Shown here: positions 47,452 through 57,147 of the stretch, piece after piece
Numbering within the stretch: the first letter of the stretch is position 1
Layout: each line of letters opens with the position of its first letter
Origin: an uncultured Chloroflexia bacterium
GTDB lineage: Bacteria > Chloroflexota > Limnocylindria > Limnocylindrales > CSP1-4
Direction: 5' to 3'
DNA length: 64,000 nucleotides
Assembly: GCA_963708015.1 (NCBI GenBank)
Contig: OY970185.1
Span: forward strand, 127,139-191,138
Program-made: the position numbers and the translations under genes
The notes under the pieces: generated by a model
The model's database searches: none
What the model was told of the DNA's origin: nothing
Seen by the model: only the letters and a program-made list of their open reading frames with translations

Positions 47452-48432
47452 CTACCCGGCCAGTAGATTCAACGTCTGGGGCAGCGCGAGCGTCTCGCCA
47501 CCGTCGGTCAGAATCACGGCTCCCGCCACGCCGGCCCGCTCAAGTAGGGCCAGTCCCTGAGTCGTGCCCGCAATGACGGCCGCCTTTGCCAGGGCCTCCG
47601 CTCGGAGGGCCGATCCGCAAACCACCGTGGCCTGGACGACATCGGTGATCGCCGGCGCGCCGGTGCGAGGGTCAATGAGGTGGTGGAGGATCGATTCGTC
47701 GCGTCGCCAGCGATGGACCGATGTGCCCGACGTTGCCACGCCCCACCGGGTGGGCCACCTGGTCGCTCGACCTGACAGGTGGAGAATTGCGAGTGCACTG
47801 CCGTCCGTTCGTGGGTCGTCCACGGCAACCGCCCAGGTCGCACCGGGCCCGCATCGCAGGGCCAGGTCGCCGTCGGCATCGACGACGGCGCTCGGCCAGG
47901 ACGACAGGCGGGCGAGTCCGCGTTCGGCGAGCCAGCCCTTGGCGACGCCCCCGAGGTCGAACCGGATGCCTGGGGCACGGTCCACGACCGCTGTCCGTCG
48001 TGGACCCGAGCGCAGCGACCACCCCTTAGATGTACCAGCGGCCTCGTCTGTCGATGGCAATCCCTCGGCAGCCAGGCGGGCACCGAGCAGGGTGATGTCG
48101 ACCAGGTGCTCGCTCTCGTCGGCCGCCTCGACCGCGGCCCACAAGGCCGCGCCCAGGGTCGGGCCGACGGGCACGCTGGAGCGTGGATCGGCATTCAACA
48201 TCGACAGCTCCGACGTCTCGATGTGACGGCTCAGTCGGTCCGCCCAACGGCCGATCCGCCCGAGGACGAGCTGCGCGTCGTGTCGCGCCCGGTCGTCGGC
48301 GCCCGCCGCAGCCAGATGCACGACGAGGCGGCCGCCCATGGCGGTCGTCGCGACCGTCAACGGCACGATCGGTGTCTGCGCGGTCTCGAGCGTAAGGCCG
48401 CCGATCCGCGCCGGTCGCTCGGCCGTGATCAC
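47452..48432 (-). CDS. apbE: FAD:protein FMN transferase (ApbE family)
   Basis: AMGG, SELSMLN, VDIT, FDLGGVAKG, DADGD, VATSG, HHLIDPRTG; no obvious signal peptide. Confidence 0.88.
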   Translation of the reverse strand: MITAERPARIGGLTLETAQTPIVPLTVATTAMGGRLVVHLAAAGADDRARHDAQLVLGRIGRWADRLSRHIETSELSMLNADPRSSVPVGPTLGAALWAAVEAADESEHLVDITLLGARLAAEGLPSTDEAAGTSKGWSLRSGPRRTAVVDRAPGIRFDLGGVAKGWLAERGLARLSSWPSAVVDADGDLALRCGPGATWAVAVDDPRTDGSALAILHLSGRATRWPTRWGVATSGTSVHRWRRDESILHHLIDPRTGAPAITDVVQATVVCGSALRAEALAKAAVIAGTTQGLALLERAGVAGAVILTDGGETLALPQTLNLLAG

Positions 48433-48818
48433 GGGATCACCTTGCCGGATTGCGTTGTCCTGACCACGACCGTCTGCTGGGGTGGCGCCGGCACCTTGGT
48501 GACGATCGTGATTGGCTTTGGGGCCTTGGCATCGATGACCGTGGCGCCGGGCGGCGGCGACTGCCCGGGCGCGAGCTGGATGTACACGATCGGACGTTGC
48601 TGGGTATCCGTCGTCGGTGCTGCGGGCGTGCTCACCGGCAGCGAGACGGGTGCAGGCGGGACGGCGATCATGGTGACCAGCGCTGAAAGCGCGGCGATGC
48701 CGCTCGCCCCAAGAACCAGGCGTAACTTCGTGGGGTCGGGCCTCGAACCGGCGGCTCGCGGTGACTCGTCAACGCTCTCGTCCGTGCCACCAGGGCTGGC
48801 TGAATGTTGCCGAGCCAT
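48429..48818 (-). CDS. Small membrane-anchored Pro/Thr-rich protein
   Basis: One TM; ends VVVRTTQSGKVIP; GTGA overlap with apbE. Confidence 0.65.
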   Translation of the reverse strand: MARQHSASPGGTDESVDESPRAAGSRPDPTKLRLVLGASGIAALSALVTMIAVPPAPVSLPVSTPAAPTTDTQQRPIVYIQLAPGQSPPPGATVIDAKAPKPITIVTKVPAPPQQTVVVRTTQSGKVIP

Positions 48819-49156
48819 CAGCCGCCGGCTCCATCATTCTCGTTGCCGCTCTCGGTGTCCTTCTCGCTGCCGGTCCCTGGTACGGTCACGTGGACGATGC
48901 GCTTGGGTGTCTGTGGTGAGACCTGAGTGACATGGATCACGGCAGGCGGCGGTGCCGGCCGCACATAGACGACCTCGGGAGGGGCGCTTCCAGCCGCAAT
49001 CGGCGTGGACTGATCCTGAGCCGCGACGACGGCCGGGCCGCCGGCGGCCTGGGCGCTCGCCTGGATGAAGCCGTCGGCGATGAGCGAGCCGCCGATGAAC
49101 GTGGTGACGGCGAGTGCGGCGATTGCGAGACCTGCTCGGTGGATCGAGGCGTTCAT
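48818..49156 (-). CDS. Small secreted/membrane-anchored hypothetical protein
   Basis: MNASIHRAGLAIAAL...; PEVVYVRP; acidic tail; TGATG coupling; GAAGGG RBS. Confidence 0.65.
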   Translation of the reverse strand: MNASIHRAGLAIAALAVTTFIGGSLIADGFIQASAQAAGGPAVVAAQDQSTPIAAGSAPPEVVYVRPAPPPAVIHVTQVSPQTPKRIVHVTVPGTGSEKDTESGNENDGAGG

Positions 49157-49239
49157 GAGGTGGTTCCCTTCGTGCCCACCCAGGGTTCTGGGTTTCCTTT
49201 CACCGTACGGAGGCAACCTGTGAGGCGCTTTTGACCTGG

Positions 49240-49255
49240 ATGAGAACGGTCTCAT
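49240..49255. promoter_or_regulatory. Palindrome ATGAGA-N4-TCTCAT upstream of the apbE operon
   Basis: ATGAGAACGGTCTCAT. Confidence 0.5.
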
Positions 49256-49288
49256 CTGGGCTCGCGGTTGCCCGCCCGTGCGGATCGG

Positions 49289-51628
49289 TCACGCCGCGCC
49301 GTCGGTCAGGCCCACGTAGAGCTCTTCCTCCTGGGCCATGTGCAGGCCGAGGATCGCGTGGAGGCTGTACAGAACGCGGCGCAAGTCGCGCCGGTCTCCG
49401 TCGTCCGGCCCGCTCGCCTCAAGCTCGTCGACCTGCCGGTTGAACACGCTGATCAAGTGGAAGATCTCTCGATGGGTGCGGCTGAGTGGCGCGGTCGCGT
49501 CGTCGTCACCCGAGGCCGAGGCAACCGATGGATAGATCGTCTGGTCCTCGAACCGCTCGTGGTCGAGGAGCGGGCCGACCAGGAACGCGTTGATCCCACG
49601 GACCTCCGCGAGGGCGGCCGCAGGCGGCATCTCGTCCAGGCGATCGGCCGTTTGGCGAAGCCGTTCAATCTCACCGTGGAGACGGCTGTGGGCCGCCTGA
49701 AGGGTCGGCCCGGTCTCGGTCCAGCCGGGGACCGTCGTCTGGCGCTCGCGATCTCCGCCCAGCGCCCGCAGGGCATTGAGGATCACGGCCACGTCGATGA
49801 GCTCCTGGAGGATCGCCCCGGGCACGGGTGGCAGGAACCCGAACGCGGCCACGATCATCGCCACGACCGAGAGCCCGATTCCCAGGACGATCGATTCCAG
49901 GGCGATCCGGCGTGACCGGCGGGCAATACGGATCGCCTCGGCCAGGCGATCCAGGCGGTCGACGACGATGACGATATCGGCCGCCTCCGATGCCGCCGTG
50001 GCGCCCCGCGCCCCCATCGCAACCCCGACATCGGCTGCTGCCAGCGAGGGCGCGTCATTGATCCCGTCGCCCACCATGACCACGATTCCGCCCGAGTCGG
50101 CTCGCTCCGAGGCAACAATCGCGAGCTTCTCGGAAGGACTCCGCTCGGCCAGGATCGCGTCGACACCGATGGCCGACCCAACCGTCTCGGCCACGGCCGG
50201 CGTATCGCCGGTGACCATGACGATCCGCTCGATTCCCGCCCGACGGAGGAGGCGCAACGCCCGCGGGGTCTCGGTGCGGATCGGATCGGTCAGGATGATG
50301 ACTCCCTCGATCGAGCCGCCGAGGCCGATGAACGCCGTCGACGAGCCCTCGAGGGCGGTCCGCCGGCGCAGGTCGCGGACCTGGCTCGGCAATCCACCAG
50401 CGGCCGCGATCCAGTCGGCCTGACCAACCTGGATCGTCTGGCCGGCGATCCGTCCAGTGACGCCGCTGCCGGCTTGCTCGATGACGTCATCGGGCAGCTC
50501 GAGGGTCAGCCCGCGCTCATGGGCCGCCCGGACCACCGCTCCGGCGAAGACGTGGGGCGAAAGCTGCTCCACGGACGCGGCCAGCTGGAGGAGACGATCC
50601 GATTCGATCGTGCCGAAGGATTCGACGGCGGCCACGGTTGGGCTGCCCGCCGTCAGCGTTCCGGTCTTGTCGAACAGGACGACGCTCGCCCGGGCGAGGC
50701 TTTCGAGCGCCCCACCACCCTTGACGATGATCCCGCGTCCGGCCGCCCGCGAGATCCCGGCCACGATCGCGATCGGGGCGGCGAGGATCAGTGGGCAGGG
50801 CGTCGCGACGACGAGCACCGCGAGGGCTCGGACCGGGTCTCCGGACACGAGCCAGGCGATCCCGGCAATCCCGAACGCCAGGGGCAGGAACAGCAGGGCA
50901 AACTGGTCGGCCAGGCGAACAAATGGGGCCTTCGACGAAGCGGCCGACGCAACAAGTCGGACGATCCCGGCGTACGTGCTGGCCTCGGCGCTCGCCAGGC
51001 TGATCAGGTCGAACGGGCCGCCGGCGTTGACCGTGCCGGACGCGATCTGGTCTCCGGGCTGATGGATCGAGGGGCGGGATTCGCCGGTCAGGGCCGACTC
51101 GTCCAGGACCGCCGAATCGCCGACGACCGTGCCGTCGACCGGGACAACCTCGCCCGGCTTGACGAGCAGGCGATCCCCAGTCACGACCGACTCGATCGGT
51201 GGTGAGGTCAGGCCATCAGGCCCATAGCGGTGGACGACTCGAGGGGACCGGGCGAGCAGGGCGGCCAGCTCGCGTCTGGCGCGCGTATCGGCATAGTCCT
51301 CGAGGGCCCGGCCGGTCGTGACCATCACGGCGATGACGGCGCCGGCGAGCGCCTGCCCGAGAAGGATCGCGCCGACCATCGCCACGACCGCGATCAGGTC
51401 GACGCCGACCTCGCCACGCCGGAGGGCGTCGATGATTTCGACCGCCAGCCGGATCGAGACCACCACGACGAGGATGCTCCAGATGTCGGCGGCCAGGTCC
51501 GGGCGGCCTGCGAGCGCCGCGACGGCCCCGAGGGTCAGGGCCACGATCGAGAGCGGCAGGAGCGGCCGATCGACGACCCGCAGGATTCGCCGGATAACCG
51601 GTTCCGCGACCGGGGTGGGCATCAGCAT
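49289..51628 (-). CDS. P1B-5-type heavy-metal ATPase with C-terminal hemerythrin domain
   Basis: LTGES, ATPCPL, FDKTGTLT, MVGDGINDAP, QELID; hemerythrin-like H..E...YP, H.EI, LHMAQEEELY. Confidence 0.9.
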   Translation of the reverse strand: MLMPTPVAEPVIRRILRVVDRPLLPLSIVALTLGAVAALAGRPDLAADIWSILVVVVSIRLAVEIIDALRRGEVGVDLIAVVAMVGAILLGQALAGAVIAVMVTTGRALEDYADTRARRELAALLARSPRVVHRYGPDGLTSPPIESVVTGDRLLVKPGEVVPVDGTVVGDSAVLDESALTGESRPSIHQPGDQIASGTVNAGGPFDLISLASAEASTYAGIVRLVASAASSKAPFVRLADQFALLFLPLAFGIAGIAWLVSGDPVRALAVLVVATPCPLILAAPIAIVAGISRAAGRGIIVKGGGALESLARASVVLFDKTGTLTAGSPTVAAVESFGTIESDRLLQLAASVEQLSPHVFAGAVVRAAHERGLTLELPDDVIEQAGSGVTGRIAGQTIQVGQADWIAAAGGLPSQVRDLRRRTALEGSSTAFIGLGGSIEGVIILTDPIRTETPRALRLLRRAGIERIVMVTGDTPAVAETVGSAIGVDAILAERSPSEKLAIVASERADSGGIVVMVGDGINDAPSLAAADVGVAMGARGATAASEAADIVIVVDRLDRLAEAIRIARRSRRIALESIVLGIGLSVVAMIVAAFGFLPPVPGAILQELIDVAVILNALRALGGDRERQTTVPGWTETGPTLQAAHSRLHGEIERLRQTADRLDEMPPAAALAEVRGINAFLVGPLLDHERFEDQTIYPSVASASGDDDATAPLSRTHREIFHLISVFNRQVDELEASGPDDGDRRDLRRVLYSLHAILGLHMAQEEELYVGLTDGAA

Positions 51629-51831
51629 CTTGGGAGGTAATGCACTACCCCGGCAGTGTCTTCGAAAGCGCTCGTGGTTCGGCAGTGCCAAAGGTCGCCT
51701 CGAACAAGGACCCCCGCCTCCCGAAGGCGATGCTGGCTGCCGGTTTTTGGACCAGATGGCCATGCCGATTGAGCCGATCGGCACTTCAGCTCGGACCCGC
51801 GGGCCTGCACGCTTGACGCCGGAGGCGGGAG

Positions 51832-52476
51832 ATGTTGAACCGAATCGCAACCGTCCTGGTCACGTCGCTGTTCCTGATCACGGCCTGCACCGCGCCCGGA
51901 TCGAGCGTGTCCCCGCCGGGCGCCTCGTCCTCGGCCGGGCCGAGTACCGGGCCGACGCCCGCATCGGCCATGCCGTCCGGAACGGGCACGGCCAGCCCGG
52001 CACCGTCGGCGTCGACCAGTCCCGGACCGACGCCCTCGAGTAGTCCGCTGGCCGGATTCGCCTGTGGGCTTCCGGTCACCGGCGCCGGGACGGCCTCGGG
52101 GCCGAACCAGGCACAGCCGTCGGTCGTTCGGCTCGGGACGCACCCTGGCTATGACCGGATCGTCTTCGAGTACCTCGGAACGACGATGCCGGCGGTCCGG
52201 ATCGAACAAGTTGACCGGCCATTCACCCACGACCCGAGCGGGCTGCCGCTCCTGGTGAAGGGCGACTCCTTCGTCCGGATTCGGCTCGAAGGCGTCGCGC
52301 CGACCTATACCGGCGCGGTGGCCTTCGTCCTCGCCGGCCCGGAGGTCATCGAGATGGCCCAGGAAGGCGACTACGAGGGGGTCCAGTCGTGGATCGTCGG
52401 TCTCCACCAGCCCGCCTGCGTGCGGATCTCTGAGTTGAGGTCGCCTGCCCGCCTGGTCATTGACTTCGCGTCCTAG
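51832..52476 (+). CDS. Lipoprotein with AMIN-like domain
   Basis: LITAC lipobox; GTHPGYDRIVFE, GDYEGV..W.VGL, PARLVID; GGAGG RBS. Confidence 0.8.
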   Translation: MLNRIATVLVTSLFLITACTAPGSSVSPPGASSSAGPSTGPTPASAMPSGTGTASPAPSASTSPGPTPSSSPLAGFACGLPVTGAGTASGPNQAQPSVVRLGTHPGYDRIVFEYLGTTMPAVRIEQVDRPFTHDPSGLPLLVKGDSFVRIRLEGVAPTYTGAVAFVLAGPEVIEMAQEGDYEGVQSWIVGLHQPACVRISELRSPARLVIDFAS

Positions 52477-52490
52477 AACGAGGTTCCGAC

Positions 52491-53441
52491 ATGCGGGTTC
52501 GAACTGGCCGACTGTTCTGGGGGCTTCTGCTCATTCCGCTGGGGACCATCCCGCTCCTCGTCGAGGCGAATGTCATCGACGGCGCCCGATTGACCGATGC
52601 CTGGAAGCTGTGGCCTCTCGTCCTGGTCGGCATCGGGCTGGCGCTGCTGGTCCGCCGCGGCCGCAGCGGTCTGATCGTGATCGTCATCACGGCCCTCGCC
52701 CTGGGCACGCTCGGCGGGGCCGCCCTTGCCTCGGGGAACGGCTGGCTGGGCGATGTCGGTGACTGTGTCGTCACCCCAGCCGCGCTCCAACACACGACGA
52801 ACGCGGGCACCTTCGGTGCGCCCGCATCGGTCAGCCTGGAGCTCGACTGCGGGCAGATGTCTGTCGCGACCGACACCAACCCCGGCTGGACCTTGAGCGC
52901 CAACTATCGGGGCGACCCGCCGATCGTCAGCGGCTCGAGCTCTGGCCTCGCCGTGGCACCTCCGAATCGGGGCGGGGCGCACTACCAGGACTGGACACTC
53001 GGGCTGCCGGGCGCGCTGACCCGTTCCATCTCGCTCACGGCGAACGCGGGCTCGGCGACCGTCACGCTCCCGGGCGCCGTCCTGGACGACCTCACCGCCG
53101 CCGTCAACGCCGGTGATCTCCGGATCGATGCCGCTGGGGCATCCATCTCACGGATCTCGATCACCGTGAACGCCGGTCGGGCGCGGGTCACCCTGGGAGA
53201 CGGCCCGACCACCGGATCGCTCTCCACGAACGCAGGGGACCTCCAGTTGTGTGTTCCCTCATCAAGCAGCTTGATCCTGCACGTCACGGACCAGCTGACC
53301 TTCTCGACCAACCTGGCCCAGCGTGGATTCACCCAGTCCGGAGAGACCTGGAGCCGAGCCGGAGTCGGCGGAGCCGTGATTGAGCTCTCAATCGAAGGCA
53401 CGATCGGCAGCTTCAGCGTGGACCCCGAAGGAGGATGTTGA
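52491..53441 (+). CDS. LiaF/DUF5668-type TM + beta-solenoid (toast-rack) protein
   Basis: LFWGLLLIPLG, WKLWPLVLVGIGL; NAGS/NAGD/NAGR repeats. Confidence 0.75.
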   Translation: MRVRTGRLFWGLLLIPLGTIPLLVEANVIDGARLTDAWKLWPLVLVGIGLALLVRRGRSGLIVIVITALALGTLGGAALASGNGWLGDVGDCVVTPAALQHTTNAGTFGAPASVSLELDCGQMSVATDTNPGWTLSANYRGDPPIVSGSSSGLAVAPPNRGGAHYQDWTLGLPGALTRSISLTANAGSATVTLPGAVLDDLTAAVNAGDLRIDAAGASISRISITVNAGRARVTLGDGPTTGSLSTNAGDLQLCVPSSSSLILHVTDQLTFSTNLAQRGFTQSGETWSRAGVGGAVIELSIEGTIGSFSVDPEGGC

Positions 53442-53442
53442 G

Positions 53443-54021
53443 ATGAACGAACGCCTGGTGCGCTCGCGAGACGACCGAATGCTGGCCGGCGTGGCCGGAG
53501 GGCTGGCCGAGCTCTGGGACGCCGATCCGACGATCATCCGCCTGGCCTGGATCTTCCTGGCCGTCGTGACGGGCGGGATCGCCGTGGTCGTCTACATCGT
53601 CATGGCCATCGTGGTTCCAGATGCGGACCCCGTCACCTGGACGGCCGGCCCGATCGCGACCTCGGCCCCGGCGCCGGAGCCTGCTCCGGGTCCGATCCCG
53701 GGCGCGGCACCTGATCCGACCAGCTGGAGCCCGCCACTCGATCCCCGCTCAGCTCGTCGGGCTGCGCGAGCGGCTCGCCGGGCCGAGCGACGAGCCGGGC
53801 GCGCCTCCGACTGGCCGCTGCTGCTCGGCGGCTTCCTCGTGATCATCGGGGCGATGCTCCTCGTGCGCGAGTGGCTGCCCCAGTTCGACGCCGATTGGTT
53901 CGGGCCGATGCTCCTGATCCTGTTCGGCATTCTCCTGCTGGCCACGGCGATCCGCCGAGGACCGGACGCGGGGCCGCCTTCGACCGGCACTCCGAGCGGC
54001 GACCCGCGGGCAGCCAGTTGA
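53443..54021 (+). CDS. pspC: PspC domain membrane protein
   Basis: LVRSRDDRMLAGVAGGLAE..DADPTIIRL...YIVMAIVVP; GGAGG RBS. Confidence 0.85.
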   Translation: MNERLVRSRDDRMLAGVAGGLAELWDADPTIIRLAWIFLAVVTGGIAVVVYIVMAIVVPDADPVTWTAGPIATSAPAPEPAPGPIPGAAPDPTSWSPPLDPRSARRAARAARRAERRAGRASDWPLLLGGFLVIIGAMLLVREWLPQFDADWFGPMLLILFGILLLATAIRRGPDAGPPSTGTPSGDPRAAS

Positions 54022-54983
54022 ACCGGTCACGGAGGGGCTCGCTGCTCGGCGCCACCTGGCTCATCGGCCTCGGCCTTGTCTTCCTCATCCAGCAGGTGTC
54101 CGGTTGTACCTGGTCCGAGGCCTGGCCGCTGTTCGTTGTCCTCGTCGGGCTGGCCAGTGCGGTCTCAGTGCTGGTCGGCCGTGACCCCGGCTGGAGCTCG
54201 GCCTGGGCCCTGACCTGGCCCGTCATCTGGACGGCGGTTGGAATCCTCCTCCTGGCCAGCACGACGGGCTGGACGGCGCTCCGCCCGGCCGAGCTGGTCG
54301 CCGAGTGGTGGCCCTGGGCGTTCGTCGGCCTTGGCGTCTGGTACGTCGTCGGAGCATTCGTCCCGATCGGCCCGGCTGCGGAGGAGCTGAGCGTCCCGTT
54401 GAACGGCCTGCACCAGGCTCGGCTGGAGCTCAAGTTCGGAGCAGGCGAGCTGAGCACGCATCGGGCAGCGCCGGGCAGCCTCATCGATGGCCGGTTCGCG
54501 GGCGGCGTCCGCCGACATCAGGACGGGCCAGCCACGCTCCGGCTCAGCCAGGATTCTGGGTCCGGCCTGCCCTGGATCGACCATGACGCCCGCTGGGACG
54601 TCGGCCTGACCGGCGAAATCCCGCTCGACCTGCGCCTCGAGACGGGCGCCAACCGAGGCCGGCTCGACCTCAGCGAGCTGCTCGTCACGAATCTCGAGCT
54701 GCATACGGGTGCAAGCGACACGTGGATCCGCCTCCCGCGCGCAGCCGGGTCAACGGCGATTCGGACCGAATCCGGAGCGTCCTCGGTGACGATTGAGGTT
54801 CCGGCCGGCGTCGCCGCCCGGATTCGATCCAACCTGACCCTCGGAACGAGCCATATTGACCCGGCCCTGTTTCCCCGGATCGGAGATGTCTATCAGTCGC
54901 GCGACTACGATCGCGCCGCCAACCGGGTGGATGTCGATGTCAACGGTGGACTCGGACGGTTGACCGTCGTTGGCTGCCGCTGA
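54018..54983 (+). CDS. LiaF/DUF5668-type TM + toast-rack domain protein
   Basis: WPLFVVLVG, WWPW, LKFGAGEL, LETGA, LDLSEL, GLG; TTGA overlap. Confidence 0.75.
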   Translation: MNRSRRGSLLGATWLIGLGLVFLIQQVSGCTWSEAWPLFVVLVGLASAVSVLVGRDPGWSSAWALTWPVIWTAVGILLLASTTGWTALRPAELVAEWWPWAFVGLGVWYVVGAFVPIGPAAEELSVPLNGLHQARLELKFGAGELSTHRAAPGSLIDGRFAGGVRRHQDGPATLRLSQDSGSGLPWIDHDARWDVGLTGEIPLDLRLETGANRGRLDLSELLVTNLELHTGASDTWIRLPRAAGSTAIRTESGASSVTIEVPAGVAARIRSNLTLGTSHIDPALFPRIGDVYQSRDYDRAANRVDVDVNGGLGRLTVVGCR

Positions 54984-54994
54984 CGGGGGCCTTC

Positions 54995-55204
54995 GTGAGT
55001 GACCTGACGCCCGACCAGATTCTCGCGCTCCTGGCTCCGATCATCGTGATCCAGATCGGCCTCCTGATCGCCGCGCTGGTCGATCTTGGTCACGAGGAAC
55101 GGCGGGTCCGTGGCGGCAACAAGCTCGTATGGGTCCTCGTGATCGTCTTCGTCAACATCATCGGCCCGATCATCTACTTCGTTGCTGGACGGGAGAACGC
55201 GTGA
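54995..55204 (+). CDS. PLDc N-terminal domain small membrane protein
   Basis: ALVDL...GNKLVWVLVIVFVNIIGPIIYFVAGR. Confidence 0.85.
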   Translation: MSDLTPDQILALLAPIIVIQIGLLIAALVDLGHEERRVRGGNKLVWVLVIVFVNIIGPIIYFVAGRENA

Positions 55205-56211
55205 CCGCTCCGGAGCCTCCGCCGGCGGCGATCGAGGTCAGCGGCCTGACAAAGGAGTACGGGCCGATCCTCGCCCTCGACCGGCTCGACCTGACCGTGC
55301 CCGGTGGCTCGGTCTTCGGCCTGCTCGGCCCGAACGGGGCCGGCAAGACGACGACGATCCGGATCCTCACCGGACTTGCCCAGGCATCGGCCGGCAGCGC
55401 GACGGTTGGGGGGATTGCTGTCGGCCTGGACGTCCCCGAGCTCCACCGGCGGATCGGTTACCTCGACCAGGATCCGCGCTTCTATCCCTGGATGACCGGG
55501 CGTGAATTGCTTGAGTTTGTCGGCCGGCTCGATGGCCTGACGGGTTCCGTGCTCAGGGAGCGGGTCGCGGTCACGCTCAAACGGGTTGGCCTCGAGGCAG
55601 CCGCCAATCGGCGGATCGGCGGGTACTCCGGCGGGATGCGCCAGCGCCTCGGCATCGGCCAGGCGATCCTGAATGAGCCGCAGCTCCTATTCCTCGACGA
55701 GCCGGTCAGTTCGCTCGATCCCGAAGGCCGACGGGACCTCCTCGAACTGATCTCGGGCCTGCGGGCCGAAGCCACGGTCGTCATCTCGACCCACGTCCTT
55801 TCGGATGCCGAGCGGATCTGCGACCGTGTCGCCATCCTCGATCGCGGGCGGAGGGTGATCGAGGGTCCCCTGGAAGACCTGCTGGCCGCCCATGCCAAGC
55901 CGATCTACCGACTCGTCCCCGAACCCGGCCAGGACGCCGCCCTCCGCGGGCTTGTCGAGAAGCTTCGGGCGGCGTCATGGGTCGCCGACGCATCGGACGA
56001 AGGAGGCTCGATCAGGGTCGCAGTCGCCGATCCCGCCAAAGCCGCAACGGAGATCCTGCCCGTCGTGGTAGGAGCTGGCTTGTCGCTCGAATCGTTTGAG
56101 CGGGCTCGGCCGACCCTCGAGGAGGTCTTTCTCGAGCTCGTTGGTCCGGCCTCCCCGGACGATCTCGATGGGCGCGGATTCATCCGGCCGAGGCCGGTTC
56201 CCAGGCGATGA
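55201..56211 (+). CDS. ABC transporter ATP-binding protein
   Basis: [26 protein letters not shown]. Confidence 0.92.
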   Translation: MTAPEPPPAAIEVSGLTKEYGPILALDRLDLTVPGGSVFGLLGPNGAGKTTTIRILTGLAQASAGSATVGGIAVGLDVPELHRRIGYLDQDPRFYPWMTGRELLEFVGRLDGLTGSVLRERVAVTLKRVGLEAAANRRIGGYSGGMRQRLGIGQAILNEPQLLFLDEPVSSLDPEGRRDLLELISGLRAEATVVISTHVLSDAERICDRVAILDRGRRVIEGPLEDLLAAHAKPIYRLVPEPGQDAALRGLVEKLRAASWVADASDEGGSIRVAVADPAKAATEILPVVVGAGLSLESFERARPTLEEVFLELVGPASPDDLDGRGFIRPRPVPRR

Positions 56212-56969
56212 CCGGCTTCCGTACGCTCCTGCGGAAGGAGCTCCTGGAGCAATGGCGGACGGCCCGCCTGCCGCTCGTCGCGACGGTCTTCCTGCTCGTC
56301 GGGCTCTCGTCGCCGCTTCTCGCACGCTTCACCCCTGAGATCCTCAAAGCCGTCGGCGGCAACCAGTTCCAGATCGTCCTGCCGACCCCGACCGCCGCAG
56401 ATGCGTATGACCAGCTGGCCAAGAACCTGGGCCAGTTCGGCGCCCTGATCGCGGTCCTCCTGACGATGGGTTCGGTCGCCACCGAGAAGGAGCGTGGCAC
56501 GGCCGCGATGGTCCTGGTGAAGCCGGTGACTCGCGCGGCGTTCCTGGCCTCGAAGTTCGTTGCGATCGCCGCGACGCTCGGCATCTCAATGGCGATCGCC
56601 GGCGCCGGAGCCTGGTTCTACACCGTGGTGCTGTTCGAACCGTTGCCCATTGCGGGATTTGCAGGTGCGCTCGTCCTGCAGTGGTTGGCCCTTCTCGCCT
56701 ACGCCGCGATCACGTTCCTGGGAAGCACGATGACCCAGTCGGCGCTGGCCGCGGCAGGACTTGGCATCGCGGCGATCATCGTCCTTGGAATCCTGAGTAT
56801 CCTGCCCACGGTTGGGCGCTACCTCCCGACCGGCCTTGGCCCGGTGGCCCGCGCGTGGGCGCTGGGCGACCCGCCCGGCGATGTGGTCGGTCCCGTGCTT
56901 GCGTCGCTCCTACTGATCGCCGGCCTGCTGGCAATTGCCTGGCTCGCCTTCCGCCGCCAGGAGCTGTAG
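56208..56969 (+). CDS. ABC-2 type permease
   Basis: LLRKELLEQWRT, EKERGTA..VLVKPV.R..FL.SKF, FRRQEL. Confidence 0.88.
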   Translation: MTGFRTLLRKELLEQWRTARLPLVATVFLLVGLSSPLLARFTPEILKAVGGNQFQIVLPTPTAADAYDQLAKNLGQFGALIAVLLTMGSVATEKERGTAAMVLVKPVTRAAFLASKFVAIAATLGISMAIAGAGAWFYTVVLFEPLPIAGFAGALVLQWLALLAYAAITFLGSTMTQSALAAAGLGIAAIIVLGILSILPTVGRYLPTGLGPVARAWALGDPPGDVVGPVLASLLLIAGLLAIAWLAFRRQEL

Positions 56970-56999
56970 CGACGACCGTCGCGAGCGCAGCTGGGCCCC

Positions 57000-57023
57000 G
57001 GCAACGGCAACGGCAACGGCAAC
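57000..57023. repeat. (GGCAAC)4 microsatellite, intergenic
   Basis: Four exact hexamer copies. Confidence 0.8.
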
Positions 57024-57147
57024 TCAATGATGACGAGCGGCTCCCAGTGGGTCCAACCTTCGGCACTGGCCTGATCGGGCTGGTCGCCCGATCGTCAACC
57101 TCACCAAACGAGTTGGTCGAAACTCGGCCGAGATGGGAGGCACGATT

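Noticed and set aside
57000-57023. (GGCAAC)4 as a phase-variation switch
   Set aside because: Only four units, intergenic, downstream of a stop codon and a multiple of 3; no evident target.
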